A DNA stretch of 64,000 bases from Nemertoderma westbladi (GCA_032718475.1 JAUCBJ010004174.1:25664-89663); one strand, 5' to 3'. Shown: positions 1 to 14,004, counted from the first letter of the stretch. Program-made: numbers and translations. Notes: generated by a model not told the origin, from the sequence alone.

Positions 1-910
1 ACAAAAAGTTCGGATTAACTTCATATATTGAGGTTTTAAATAACAAATTAATTAAAGTAGAAATTAATTCAATAGTTGTTTTATATAATACAATTTATTT
101 ATAGGAATATATACTATAAAAATAATTTATTGATAAACATATATATGTACAAATACAATGACAATCACAGATAATTTACATTTTGTTTGAGTCTAAATAA
201 TACCGTCCTCTGTCCGGTTGACAATTAGTGAATTTTAAATAGATTCATTCATCTAATTTCCATATATAATTCCCAAATAGCGGTGTAACCGTATACAATT
301 ATAATTATTTGCGATATATGAGCTTTTAAAAAAAACTAATGTGAATCAGTCTTAGGCTTTATGAAGTAGCACAGAATTGATTTTTCGAAGTACAAAATAC
401 CGGTGGACTAACGTCGACTTTTTAAATATTTACAGTGCAGGCAGAGCGGAGAACGGATGTTATACAATGTGATGTCAAATTGTCTATCGCTATCCTCATA
501 GCAATCTGTAGTAAGCTATATGTTTTGTCAATGACAAAAGAAACAACATTGTTAAATATTCATAAAACTTTATACGAAAATACGAAAGTTTAAATTCCAT
601 TTTGCACAGACATTCCCTAAACTAATTTAGCCTTGATGCTATTTAGAAGGTTATTAGATTATATTCGTCTAGTCAACTTGTAATACTGTACTGATGATAA
701 TAATACTTCTTGTGAAATTATTATAAGCTGACGAAATCAAAAATGAATGTAATTTTAAAATTATCTGAAAAATTGGGAAGTTGATAGCTGTTGTCAGAAG
801 ATGAGGCCGATATTATATAACAAATTACATAAAAACAACCAAATTAGTACAAAATGTGACGTAAAATAGTAGACAGAGGCACAATAAAGGCATTCCTCCA
901 AATCGTGTTG

Positions 911-1008
911 GGTGCAGCAGACATTCAGACAGTCGGATTCAACACCATGGTAGGTGCAGACATTCAGACAGTCGGATTCAACACCATGGTAGGTGCAGAC
1001 ATTCAGAC
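911..1008. repeat. Short tandem duplication, ~39-bp unit (GGTGCAGACATTCAGACAGTCGGATTCAACACCATGGTA), ~2.5 copies
   Basis: Direct repeats read from the sequence. Confidence 0.85.
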
Positions 1009-1057
1009 ATCGAGGATGGGTGCATCTTCAGTTTATTTACATTCAAGTCTCTTTCGA

Positions 1058-1171
1058 CTAACCCTTCAGTAAATGTGGGGCAGCAAAGGAAGTCTTTCTT
1101 TCATAACCTCTGGCACCCCTACTACTGGCTATTGATCCACTCCTTGAAGTACGGTCTGATTCACTAGGCTC
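1058..1171 (-). CDS. Probable terminal coding exon (EPSESDRTSRSGSIASSRGARGYERKTSFAAPHLLKG*) of a Ser/Arg-rich minus-strand gene
   Basis: Minus-strand acceptor TTGTTTTGACTTTTAG, phase 0, in frame with exon 8242-8382; open to TAG at 1058-1060. Confidence 0.6.
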   Translation of the reverse strand, partial: EPSESDRTSRSGSIASSRGARGYERKTSFAAPHLLKG

Positions 1172-1554
1172 CTAAAAGTCAAAACAATTTAAGTTAAATC
1201 GAAACGGGGTCTAGAAAACAAACGCCTAAACTATTGTATGTCAGGTGCCCGATTATTAATTTTAATATAGAAAAATAAAGTACCAATTTGATTTAAATTA
1301 GAAATGTTTAATATTTCGTGTTCTATAATAACTACAGTAGGTCAATTAATGCAATTAAACATTAAACCAAAGTTGGTACAATGTAGTCTGTCAAAATATT
1401 TAAAAGTTTAAAAGGAATTGCGTGGGAGGACAAGCAGTTCTCCAGTCTGCCGCTTAGAAACGATCCTAATATTATTCGCTTTAATTTGCGTTCTAGAATA
1501 TATTATATTTTAAGCAAAATTTCAATTAGTCGTTAGCCACATAATGTATATCCA

Positions 1555-1589
<35 letters not shown>
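1555..1589. repeat. (CA)n microsatellite
   Basis: Direct read. Confidence 0.95.
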
Positions 1590-1591
<2 letters not shown>

Positions 1592-1784
1592 CAACTGTAT
1601 ATCCAGACATACACACCAATACCCCCATACGTTATGTGAACACATCTTTATATAATATTTATTGGGGTTTTTTCGTCAATCTAATTAATGTATTAAAGGT
1701 TTATTGCATGTGTCCTATTACACGTAAAAACCTAGGAAGTAAATGGTTTAGTGTAGCAAATAAATTATTTGTTCACCTATCACT

Positions 1785-4700
1785 GAACTGCCTCTACAAC
1801 GTTCGCTCCACAGTAACTAACCTTAGACAGCGAACCCGAACTGCCTCTACAACGTTCGCTCCACAGTAACTAACCTTAGACAGCGAACCCGAACTGCCTC
1901 TACAACGTTCGGTCCACAGTAACTAACCTTAGACAGCGAACCCGAACTGCCTCTACAACGTTCGGTCCACAGTAACTAACCTTAGACAGCGAACCCGAAC
2001 TGCCTCTACAACGTTCGCTCCACAGTAACTAACCTTAGACAGCGAACCCGAACTGCCTCTACAACGTTCGCTCCACAGTAACTAACCTTAGACAGCGAAC
2101 CCGAACTGCCTGTACAACGTTCGCTCCACAGTAACTAACCTTAGACAGCGAGCCCGAACTGCCTCCACAACGTTCGCTCCACAGTAACTAACCTTAGACA
2201 GCGAACCCGATGGTTTACTGAACTGCCTCTACAACGTTCGCTCCACAGTAACTAACCTTAGACAGCGAACCCGAACTGCCTCTACAACGTTCGCTCCACA
2301 GTAACTAACCTTAGACAGCGAACCCGAACTGCCTCTACAACGTTCGCTCCACAGTAACTAACCTTAGACAGCGAACCCGAACTGCCTCTACAACCGCTCC
2401 ACAGTAACTAACCTTAGATAGCGAACCCGAACTGCCTCTACAACGTTCGCTCCACAGTAACTAACCTTAGACAGCGACCCCGATGGTTTACTGAACTGCC
2501 TCTACAGCGTTCGCTCCACAGTAACTAACCTTAGACAGCGAACCCGAACTGCCTCCACAACGTTCGCTCCATAGTAACTAACCTTAGACAGCGAACCCGT
2601 ACTGCCTCTACAACGTTCGTTCCACAGTAACTAACCTTAGACAGCGAACCCGAACTGCCTCTACAACGTTCGCTCCACAGTAACTAACCTTAGACAGCGA
2701 ACCCGAACTGCCTCTACAACGTTCGCTCCACAGTAACTAACCTTAGACAGCGAACCCGAACTGCCTCTACAACGTTCGCTCCACAGTAACTAACCTTAGA
2801 TAGCGAACCCGAACTGCCTCTACAACGTTCGCTCCACAGTAACTAACCTTAGGCGGCGAACCCGAACTGCCTCTACAACGTTCGCTCCACAGTAACTAAC
2901 CTTAGACAGCGAACCCGTACTGCCTCTACAACGTTCGTTCCACAGTAACTAACCTTAGATAGCGAACCCGAACTGCCTCTACAACGTTCGCTCCACAGTA
3001 ACTAACCTTAGGCGGCGAACCCGAACTGCCTCTACAACGTTCGTTCCACAGTAACTAACCTTAGACAGCGAACCCGAACTGCCTCCACAACGTTCGCTCC
3101 ATAGTAACTAACCTTAGACAGCGAACCCGAACTGCCTCTACAACGTTCGTTCCACAGTAACTAACCTTAGACAGCGAACCCGAACTGCCTCTACAACGTT
3201 CGTTCCACAGTAACTAACCTTAGACAGCGAACCCGTACTGCCTCTACAACGTTCGTTCCACAGTAACTAACCTTAGACAGCGAACCCGAACTGCCTCTAC
3301 AACGTTCGCTCCACAGTAACTAACCTTAGGCGGCGAACCCGAACTGCCTCTACAACGTTCGCTCCACAGTAACTAACCTTAGACAGCGAACCCGAACTGC
3401 CTCTACAACGTTCGCTCCACAGTAACTAACCTTAGACAGCGAACCCGAACTGCCTCCACAACGTTCGCTCCATAGTAACTAACCTTAGACAGCGAACCCG
3501 AACAGCCTCTACAACGTTTGCTCCACTGTAACTAACCTTAGACAGCGAACCCGAACAGCCTCTACAACGTTTGCTCCACTGTAACTAACCTTAGACAGCG
3601 AACCCGAACTGCCTCTACAACGTTCGTTCCACAGTAACTAACCTTAGACAGCGAACCCGTACTGCCTCTACAACGTTCGTTCCACTGTAACTAACCTTAG
3701 ACAGCGAACCCGAACTGCCTCCACAACGTTCGTTCCACAGTAACTAACCTTAGACAGCGAACCCGTACTGCCTCTACAACGTTCGTTCCACTGTAACTAA
3801 CCTTAGACAGCGAACCCGAACTGCCTCCACAACGTTCGCTCCACAGTAACTAACCTTAGACAGCGAACCCGAACTGCCTCTACAACGTTCGCTCCACAGT
3901 AACTAACCTTATACAGCGAACCCGAACTGCCTCTACAACGTTCGTTCCACAGTAACTAACCTTAGACAGCGAACCCGTACTGCCTCTACAACGTTCGTTC
4001 CACTGTAACTAACCTTAGACAGCGAACCCGTACTGCCTCTACAACGTTCGTTCCACTGTAACTAACCTTAGACAGCGAACCCGAACTGCCTCTACAACGT
4101 TCGTTCCACAGTAACTAACCTTAGACAGCGAACCCGTACTGCCTCTACAACGTTCGTTCCACTGTAACTAACCTTAGACAGCGAACCCGTACTGCCTCTA
4201 CAACGTTCGTTCCACTGTAACTAACCTTAGACAGCGAACCCGAACTGCCTCTACAACGTTCGTTCCACAGTAACTAACCTTAGACAGCGAACCCGTACTG
4301 CCTCTACAACGTTCGTTCCACTGTAACTAACCTTAGACAGCGAACCCGTTCTGCCTCTACAACGTTCGCTCCTCAGTAACTAACCTTAGACAGCGAACCC
4401 GTACTGCCTCTACAACGTTCGTTCCACTGTAACTAACCTTAGACAGCGAACCCGAACTGCCTCTACAACGTTCGCTCCACAGTAACTAACCTTAGACAGC
4501 GAACCCGTACTGCCTCTACAACGTTCGTTCCACAGTAACTAACCTTAGACAGCGAACCCGTACTGCCTCTACAACGTTCGTTCCACTGTAACTAACCTTA
4601 GACAGCGAACCCGAACTGCCTCCACAACGTTCGCTCCACAGTAACTAACCTTAGACAGCGAACCCGAACTGCCTCTACAACGTTCGCTCCACAGTAACTA

Positions 4701-7700
4701 ACCTTATACAGCGAACCCGAACTGCCTCTACAACGTTCGTTCCACAGTAACTAACCTTAGACAGCGAACCCGAACAGCCTCTACAACGTTTGCTCCACTG
4801 TAACTAACCTTAGACAGCGAACCCGAACAGCCTCTACAACGTTTGCTCCACTGTAACTAACCTTAGACAGCGAACCCGAACTGCCTCTACAACGTTTGCT
4901 CCACAGTAACTAACCTTAGACAGCGAACCCGAACTGCCTCTACAACGTTCGCTCCACAGTAACTAACCTTAGACAGCGAACCCGAACTGCCTCTACAACG
5001 TTCGCTCCACAGTAACTAACCTTAGACAGCGAACCCGAACTGCCTCTACAACGTTCGCTCCACAGTAACTAACCTTAGACAGCGAACCCGAACAGCCTCT
5101 ACAACGTTTGCTCCACTGTAACTAACCTTAGACAGCGAACCCGAACAGCCTCTACAACGTTTGCTCCACTGTAACTAACCTTAGACAGCGAACCCGAACT
5201 GCCTCTACAACGTTTGCTCCACAGTAACTAACCTTAGACAGCGAACCCGAACTGCCTCTACAACGTTCGTTCCACAGTAACTAACCTTAGACAGCGAACC
5301 CGAACAGCCTCTACAACGTTTGCTCCACTGTAACTAACCTTAGACAGCGAACCCGAACAGCCTCTACAACGTTTGCTCCACTGTAACTAACCTTAGACAG
5401 CGAACCCGAACTGCCTCTACAACGTTTGCTCCACAGTAACTAACCTTAGACAGCGAACCCGAACTGCCTCTACAACGTTCGCTCCACAGTAACTAACCTT
5501 AGACAGCGAACCCGAACTGCCTCTACAACGTTCGCTCCACAGTAACTAACCTTATACAGCGAACCCGAACTGCCTCTACAACGTTCGTTCCACAGTAACT
5601 AACCTTAGACAGCGAACCCGAACTGCCTCTACAACGTTCGCTCCACAGTAACTAACCTTATACAGCGAACCCGAACTGCCTCTACAACGTTCGTTCCACA
5701 GTAACTAACCTTAGACAGCGAACCCGTACTGCCTCTACAACGTTCGTTCCACTGTAACTAACCTTAGACAGCGAACCCGTACTGCCTCTACAACGTTCGT
5801 TCCACTGTAACTAACCTTAGACAGCGAACCCGTACTGCCTCTACAACGTTCGTTCCACAGTAACTAACCTTAGACAGCGAACCCGTACTGCCTCTACAAC
5901 GTTCGTTCCACTGTAACTAACCTTAGACAGCGAACCCGAACTGCCTCCACAACGTTCGCTCCACAGTAACTAACCTTAGACAGCGAACCCGAACTGCCTC
6001 TACAACGTTCGCTCCACAGTAACTAACCTTATACAGCGAACCCGAACTGCCTCTACAACGTTCGTTCCACAGTAACTAACCTTAGACAGCGAACCCGAAC
6101 AGCCTCTACAACGTTTGCTCCACTGTAACTAACCTTAGACAGCGAACCCGAACAGCCTCTACAACGTTTGCTCCACTGTAACTAACCTTAGACAGCGAAC
6201 CCGAACTGCCTCTACAACGTTTGCTCCACAGTAACTAACCTTAGACAGCGAACCCGAACTGCCTCTACAACGTTCGCTCCACAGTAACTAACCTTAGACA
6301 GCGAACCCGAACTGCCTCTACAACGTTCGCTCCACAGTAACTAACCTTAGACAGCGAACCCGAACTGCCTCTACAACGTTCGCTCCACAGTAACTAACCT
6401 TAGACAGCGAACCCGAACTGCCTCTACAACGTTCGCTCCACAGTAACTAACCTTAGACAGCGAACCCGATGGTTTACTGAACTGCCTCTACAACGTTCGT
6501 TCCACAGTAACTAACCTTAGACAGCGAACCCGAACTGCCTCTACAACGTTCGCTCCACAGTAACTAACCTTAGACAGCGAACCCGATGGTTTACTGAACT
6601 GCCTCTACAACGTTCGTTCCACAGTAACTAACCTTAGACAGCGAACCCGAACTGCCTCTACAACGTTCGCTCAACAGTAACTAACCTTAGACAGCGAACC
6701 CGAACTGCCTCTACAACGTTCGCTCCACGGTAACTAACCTTAGACAGCGAACCAGAACTGCCTCTACAACGTTCGTTCCACAGTAACTAACCTTAGACAG
6801 CGAACCCGAACTGCCTCTACAACGTTCGCTCCTCAGTAACTAACCTTAGACAGCGAACCCGATGGTTTACTGAACTGCCTCTACAACGTTCGCTCTACAG
6901 TAACTAACCTTAGACAGCGAACCCGAACTGCCTCTACAACGTTCGCTCCACAGTAACTAACCTTAGACAGCGAACCCGAACTGCCTGTACAACGTTCGCT
7001 CCACAGTAACTAACCTTAGACAGCGAACCCGAACTGCCTGTACAACGTTCGCTCCACAGTAACTAACCTTAGACAGCGAACCAGAACTGCCTCTACAACG
7101 TTCGTTCCACAGTAACTAACCTTAGACAGCGAACCCGAACTGCCTCTACAACGTTCGCTCCACAGTAACTAACCTTAGACAGCGAACCCGAACTGCCTCT
7201 ACAACGTTCGCTCCACAGTAACTAACCTTAGACAGTGAACCCGAACTGCCTCTACAACGTTCGTTCCACAGTAACTAACCTTAGACAGCGAACCAGAACT
7301 GCCTCTACAACGTTCGCTCCATAGTAACTAACCTTAGACAGCGAACCCGTTCTGCCTCTACAACGTTCGCTCCTCAGTAACTAACCTTAGACAGCGAACC
7401 CGAACTGCCTCTACAACGTTCGCTCCACAGTAACTAACCTTAGACAGCGAACCCGAACTGCCTCTACAACGTTCGCTCCATAGTAACTAACCTTAGACAG
7501 CGAACCCGAACTGCCTCTACAACGTTCGCTCCACAGTAACTAACCTTAGACAGCGAACCCGAACTGCCTCTACAACGTTCGCTCCACAGTAACTAACCTT
7601 AGACAGCGAACCCGAACTGCCTCTACAACGTTCGCTCCACAGTAACTAACCTTAGACAGTGAACCCGAACTGCCTCTACAACGTTCGCTCCACAGTAACT

Positions 7701-8260
7701 AACCTTAGACAGCGAACCCGAACTGCCTCTACAACGTTCGCTCCACAGTAACTAACCTTAGACAGCGAACCCGAACTGCCTCTACAACGTTCGCTCCACA
7801 GTAACTAACCTTAGACAGCGAACCCGAACTGCCTCTACAACGTTCGCTCCACAGTAACTAACCTTAGACAGCGAACCCGAACTGCCTCTACAACGTTCGC
7901 TCCACAGTAACTAACCTTAGACAGCGACCCCGATGGTTTACTGAACTGCCTCTACAACGTTCGCTCCACAGTAACTAACCTTAGACAGCGAACCCGAACT
8001 GCCTCTACAACGTTCGCTCCACAGTAACTAACCTTAGGCGGCGAACCCGAACTGCCTCTACAACGTTCGCTCCACAGTAACTAACCTTAGACAGCGAACC
8101 CGAACTGCCTCTACAACGTTCGCTCCACAGTAACTAACCTTAGACAGCGAACCCGAACTGCCTCTACAACGTTCGCTCCACAGTAACTAACCTTAGACAG
8201 CGAACCCGAACTGCCTCTACAACCGCTCCACCGTAACTAACCTTAGACAGCGAACCCGAT
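1785..8260. repeat. 53-bp tandem satellite, ~120 copies (GAACTGCCTCTACAACGTTCGCTCCACAGTAACTAACCTTAGACAGCGAACCC), with six 64-bp variants
   Basis: Period 53 (1785, 1838, ...); 11-bp insertion GATGGTTTACT at ~2209, 2482, 6468, 6585, 6861, 7932; the array runs into exon 8242-8382. Confidence 0.98.
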
Positions 8261-8382
8261 GGTTTTTTCCGCGCTCCCGGTGGGGGACGTAGAACGGCCC
8301 CGGCTGGTGGCCCTTCCCGTTTTATTTCCTGCCGTTCGTGGGGCGACAGACTCGAGTCCGAGTCGATAGCCACCCGACTAGC
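8242..8382 (-). CDS. Internal coding exon (ASRVAIDSDSSLSPHERQEIKREGPPAGAVLRPPPGARKKPSGSLSK)
   Basis: Acceptor TTTCCCTCTACCTAG, donor AAG|GTTAGT, 141 bp, phase 0-0, in frame with both neighbours. Confidence 0.75.
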
Positions 8383-8724
8383 CTAGGTAGAGGGAAATAA
8401 AGTGAGTTGGAGAGAAATAAAGTGAAAGGCTATGAAATTAGATATGTTAGGATATCTTTTAATTATTATTATATTATAATAAGTTTTTCAGAAATGGGAA
8501 AAATGAGAAAGCGCATCAAAATTTATTTATTTAAATTATTATAAAAGTTATAATATATTAATTATAAGCGGGTTAAGGATGAAGGATAATATAATATATT
8601 ATATTAATTAATTACAATGTGTCGAACCACTTTGTATGTCATCAACACTAGATAATTATGCGATCGTTGAGTTATAAGGTATGTTTATGTATATTATGGT
8701 ACGTCGTTAAATACCTATACCTAC

Positions 8725-9253
8725 CTCTTTAGTCTTTGTGATAGTTCGTTCACGTGACGGAGGTCTGTCTCCTTTAAGCTCGGCTCGCTTCGAACCACCT
8801 CGTAGACTATCCCGGCTAGACCGCGATCCAGTTGAACTACTTTTACTCAATGGTGGACTTTCCCGTTTCGGGGGTGGACTTTCCCGTTTCGGGGGTGGAC
8901 TTTCCCGTTTCGGTGGTGGACTTTCCCGTTTCGGCGGTGGTGGACTTTCTTGTTTCGGAGGTGGTGGACTCTCGCGATTAGAAGTGGCTGCGTTGTTGGT
9001 TTGTCGGTCGGTCTCCACAGCTGCTTTAGTTTTACGTTCAGATTGTTTCATTTCCTCTCTAGTAGAACTCGCTGTACTCTTCCGATCGTCATCTCTAGTA
9101 GAACTAGCTGCGCTCTTCCTGTCGTCCTCCTTGGGGTCCTGCTTCTTGGCGGAATCTCGCGTTGCGGTTGACGATTTGCTCTGACGACGATGATCGCTTC
9201 GATCGCTCGATGATGAACTACTCGAACTCGAAGAGGATGAAGATGACGATGAT
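8725..9253 (-). CDS. Coding exon of a low-complexity Ser/Arg/Lys-rich protein with ESPPPKR repeats; possibly an alternative 3' part of the ERICH3-like gene or a separate gene
   Basis: Acceptor TTTTCTTATAATCTTTGTAG, donor GAG|GTAGGT, GC-rich island, ORF 8707-9279; 21-bp coding repeats at ~8855-8970. Confidence 0.75.
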
Positions 9254-9786
9254 CTACAAAGATTATAAGAAAACGCCAAGTTTATTAGTCAAGTTAAGTA
9301 TTTACAGTATCTATTGTTAGGTTATCTTTTTATATTTAAAGTGATAATAAAATACATTAATGAAGTTAGATATTAAACTGTAGTGCGGCATAGACAAACT
9401 CTTTCACCTTTAATTATGACTCCTATCTATGGCAGCGCGATAGCATTCGCGATACCTAAACGCAACCTGGTTCGTTCGCATGGATGAGATAGCGATAACG
9501 ATGTAACTGATCCAACATAGAGCCTTATTCGGGGAACGGACCGTATCTGCTATCTTGCTATCGTTTAAACTCCATTACTGGGACGATAGTATTAGCCTTA
9601 TGCGCGTGCGGCTGTTGAGGCTACAGTATTAGCCAAAGGCGCGTGCGGCAGTTGAGGCTACAGTAAAGCCTAAAACTGTACGAAAAAGTAAAGAGCTTGT
9701 TCGAAACCCAGTGTCATATTTCCACATGTATTCTTTATTGTACCAAATACTAATTTCATATTGAACTAAAAATTATATATATACAT

Positions 9787-10022
9787 ACAATATTGCAATG
9801 TTCTAGAGTTAATATACGGAAATAATAACCTGAAGCGAATAAAACTGAATAATCACTGATGCCGTTCCAGAAGCAAATTAACCTGTATAATTACCGAGGC
9901 CGCAGGCCGAGGTTATTATATTAGGTTAATTTGCTGAAGGATAAGGCAGAAGTGATTATTACAGTTTTATTCGCTGAAGGTTTTTATTTCCGTATATTAA
10001 CTCTAGAACATTGCAATATTGT
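9787..10022. mobile_element. Palindromic (foldback) MITE-like element, ~236 bp
   Basis: Left arm ACAATATTGCAATGTTCTAGAGTTAATATACGGAAATAA... is the reverse complement of the right arm; pairing continues to the central CCGAGGCCGCAGGCCGAGG. Confidence 0.8.
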
Positions 10023-12229
10023 GTTTATTGTTAATTAGAGCATATTGAACGAACAACATGACAGCATACTTTGTATTTTTAAGGATCGTGTTCTAATACA
10101 AATACGCGTATTCAATTTTTTCAAGCCTTGCGTAGCATTTAAATCCATTTCCTTGAATTAATATCGCTCCAGAGGTCGTGGGGTTCTTCCCCTGCAGGCG
10201 GGCCAGGATAGTTTTCGTTTTGGCACAAATGCTAAGGGACTAACCAAACAGGGCGCGCGCATATTTGCTTTGTTACTTAAATGGTCGTTAAATGAGTACC
10301 AGTTATCTCTTTGCCTGTAAGGAGTATAGTTCTGAGGGGTCTATACTGGAAATGAGTCGTGAGACCTTCTTTTCTATTTTTCGTACTTGTTACAAGGAGG
10401 TCTCCTTGTTTTTTTTCATTTCCGCACTCATTGCCTCTAACATAAGGTAAGGACGATACGACCGAATCTGTGCAACTACTGTATATTTTTTTCATTATCT
10501 TATTTAATTAATTGTTGCAGAAATCACGTTATTTTATTTTCTTCAATACTAGGCTCTTTTCACTGATAAATAAATAAAGATAAACCAAATTTACTATGGA
10601 TATTCGTAATAATAATACGATTTGTTGGTATTTTTAAAAACACTAGCTACTGTACCATTTTTATGAATAGACTAACTACCATTGAAAACACTAGCTACCA
10701 CAAAAATTAAACATGTAACGAGTCGGAAATATGTTCCAGAACATAAATCACTAGCCAAAACAGCTATACAAAGGCAGAATTATGGTGACACGGGTTAGTT
10801 AGTTACACTAGTAGCCCCCCCCCCCCCCCCCCACCCGGTAAAATTTAATGAAATTAATAAGATGGCAAACAACGAAAAGATCTTAAGTTTTTGTATGCCG
10901 TTTCTATCTAATTTAATGATGCTCGCATGGCTTTTGGTGAGGTCAGATTGTAATAAGAGTTATCATTCTTACGAATACTGGAGTAGAATTTAAAGTGCCA
11001 ATCTGTCAATCTTATTGAGATGGTCATTTTGCTTAATGTGAAATATATAGCTACAGTACATTATTGAAAGAAACCGTAGCAAGTTTGGTATATTGCTGTA
11101 CCATAGGATAATACATAAAATTATATGAATATACTGCAACATATATTTTCTAGAATCCCGTATCAGAGCAATTTCTAAGAAAAGAGTATAATTTTAGGAA
11201 AAAACAACATTTATAGAACATTTTTTTTAAATTATACGATTATAATTTTACCTAGTTTCCGTAGCAATATGCGAAAATTAACAATAAACATATATATTTA
11301 AATAACTTTGCATTAACAGCTCAACTTCAACTTATTTATTTAGAATGAAAACTATTCAGACTTTCGTTGGCAGTAACTTTGTTGCAGGAACACGACGCAT
11401 TGGAACTTCCATGAAATAATTTACTCGCCGTTACCAGCTGGGAGATAGAAATAATATATAATGTAGAAATATCGTATTTATATTGAATGTCGCAGACAGT
11501 GGCGCACATTGACCGCAAGTAAAAAGTAGGATCTTCAGAGCAAATTTATCGCAAGGGAAATAAAGTCTAGTTTATTGTTTTGGTTAGAATTCCCCGCCGG
11601 TTCATATCTATAGGATTTTATTGAAACTTTGGCGGCAATCGGCGTTCAATATCAGTAATATAATATAATATATTTTCAGAACCAGAAAATCATATCAAAA
11701 TTGATACCCCAAATATGTAAACACTAAAACACAGTTCTGGAACCCTGCAGCGAAACTGAAAACCATCATCAGACAACAGTTATTATTACACCATGTCCTG
11801 GAATATAATGTCGTAATTCATTGACTTGGCACCCCCTTTTCTACTAATCTTAATGAGATTGCATGACATTTGCATGAAAACAGAGATAATTTCACCTCCC
11901 CCATCCTTGTTGGGTGGGGCAGAACTTCGCATTCATTCATTATCTACAAGCTTTTAAAAATAGTGTCTACGGTGATATTTCAACAATTCCACTGCAGTTA
12001 TTATTCAACCTTATAGTAATGATTAGTACCAATGGAAAGCTGGCCATGCTAGGATTCCAAATATGATAAATTCCAAAACATTTGAATTTGGTTGGGAAAT
12101 AACTGAGATATGGGCAGTAGAAAGTTGCACGTATTTGTGTCCGCTGCTGACCATTTATTATATTTAATAAGTGCAACATTGGAACATTTTGTTTATCTCA
12201 TAAGTAGAAGAGTAACTTTAAAGAGTTAA

Positions 12230-14004
12230 GCCTATTAAACCCGGAGGGGGTGGGCGGGAGAGGGGGGGGGGGTGGGGGGGGGGGTCAATATGACCTCCCC
12301 CCCGTGGTTTTTTTGTTATAACTCTGAAACAAACGCAGTGGGGAATCTGAAATTTTATGACTTTTCCTAAAAATCTATTGTCTTCCTAATATTGAAAATG
12401 GTTTTCAAAAATATTGTGAAGTTTTCGAGTTATGGCACCATTTTCTAACCCTACTTTTGGCACTTTTTTTTGAGGCGTTTTTTGAAAATTACATTTCATT
12501 AAATATGATTTGTAACATCTCTATTTTTTATTTACACCGGTTTTTTGGTGTTTACAATTAGATGGAATTCATATAAATAAATTTAAAAATTTCAAACTTG
12601 TTTTTTTCGGCGGGTGCCAATTTTTGTGCCAGCTCCAAATTTTGAAATATGTCAATTTTGTAAATTGATTTTTGAACCTGTTTTTTTGCGCAATTGGGGT
12701 TTTTGGGGTTCTGATTTCGATTGAATATATACGAGTTGCAACAGGCGAATCAAACTTGTATTTTTCGGCGCTGTTTGTGCAAAATCTGGTTCCAGCACGA
12801 AATTTTGAAAATCCATTCAATAGTTCAATTGCTTGTGACAACTTATTTCTCGCATTTTAGAGGTTTATGGCGGTTCTGAATTCAACGGAATAAATAATTA
12901 TCTAACTAGACATCTCAAACTTGTATTTTTCGGAAGTGGGTGCAAAATTTGGTGCTACTGTAGCACCAAATTTTGAAAACCATCAAATATATCATTTGAT
13001 TGTGTCACCTTGTTTCTTGCGTTATACGGGTTTGTGAGGGTTCTGAATTCAATGGAATAAATAATTATCTAACTAGACATCTCAAACTTGTATTTTTCGG
13101 AAGTGGGTGCAAAATTTGGTGCTAGCACCAAATTTTGAAAACCATCAAATATATCATTTGATTGTGTCACCTTGTTTCTTGCGTTATACGGGTTTGTAAG
13201 GGTTCTGAATTCAATGGAATAAGTAAAAATTGCATAAGAGTTTTCAAACTTGTATTTTTCGTCGGTGGGTGAAAATTGTTGTGCCAGCACCAAATTTTTG
13301 AAAATAAGCAAACTGATCAATAGATAATATCATCTTGTTTCTTGCGTTATGCGGGTTTATGAGGGTCCTGAATCCGATGGAATCAATAAACTTGTCAGCA
13401 AAGACTGCAAAAATCTCAAACTTGTACTTTTTCGTGATGGGTACGAAATTTGGTGCTAGCACCAAAATTTCCATATTACGCCGAAAAATACGATTAGTAA
13501 TTTATATAATTAGCAATTAGAAATCTATTCAATTAGAATCAGCGCCCCAGAAAACCTAAAATTGTGAATTTATAACATCGTATAAGAGAATTAAATATTT
13601 TGTGTTCAAGCTGAAAAGTGCTGGTTACTTGCTTTTTTCATTTTTTGCCTACGTAGAGGACTAAAACAGCCATTTATACTAATCAGATTATTTTTAAATA
13701 TTTTCCAATGGATTTTAAGCACCAGAAAACCTGTATTGAAACACGATTAGCCGAAAATTGTAATTTTCAAAATTTAAGAAAATTGTTCACAACTTGTAAT
13801 TTTGGTGCTGCAAAATAACCATCCCAGTACTTTTTTGAAATTTTTTTTTGGTCGGATTCAGACTAGTGAAATCTATGTACAAACAAAAAAATCAGACGTT
13901 TTCGTTAAGATTTGTAGATTTTAGAGGGAGGGGTCAATATGACACCACCCCCCCCCCCCCCCCGGTATTTGTTTTGTACATTTTATAGCCCGGTACTAAT
14001 AGGG
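12230..14004. mobile_element. Non-autonomous piggyBac-like DNA transposon with internal ~165-bp tandem repeats
   Basis: TTAA on both sides (12226-12229, 14005-14008); imperfect TIR GCCTATTAAACCCGG / CCGGTACTAATAGGG; GGGGTCAATATGAC subterminal motif near both ends; ~6 repeats marked by TCAAACTTGTATTTTTCG at 12590-13480. Confidence 0.75.

Noticed and set aside
1785-8260. 53-bp array as a CRISPR array or telomeric repeat
   Set aside because: It has no unique spacers and no cas genes, the context is eukaryotic, and TAACC occurs once per unit rather than as a telomeric tract.
8738-9184. Plus-strand GGGLSRF ORF
   Set aside because: It is the antisense shadow of exon 8725-9253, whose splice sites are on the minus strand.
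10100-10500. Possible minus-strand exon(s) linking to the 9253 acceptor
   Set aside because: An acceptor-like site exists at ~10315, but I found no convincing phase-compatible donor or recognisable protein.
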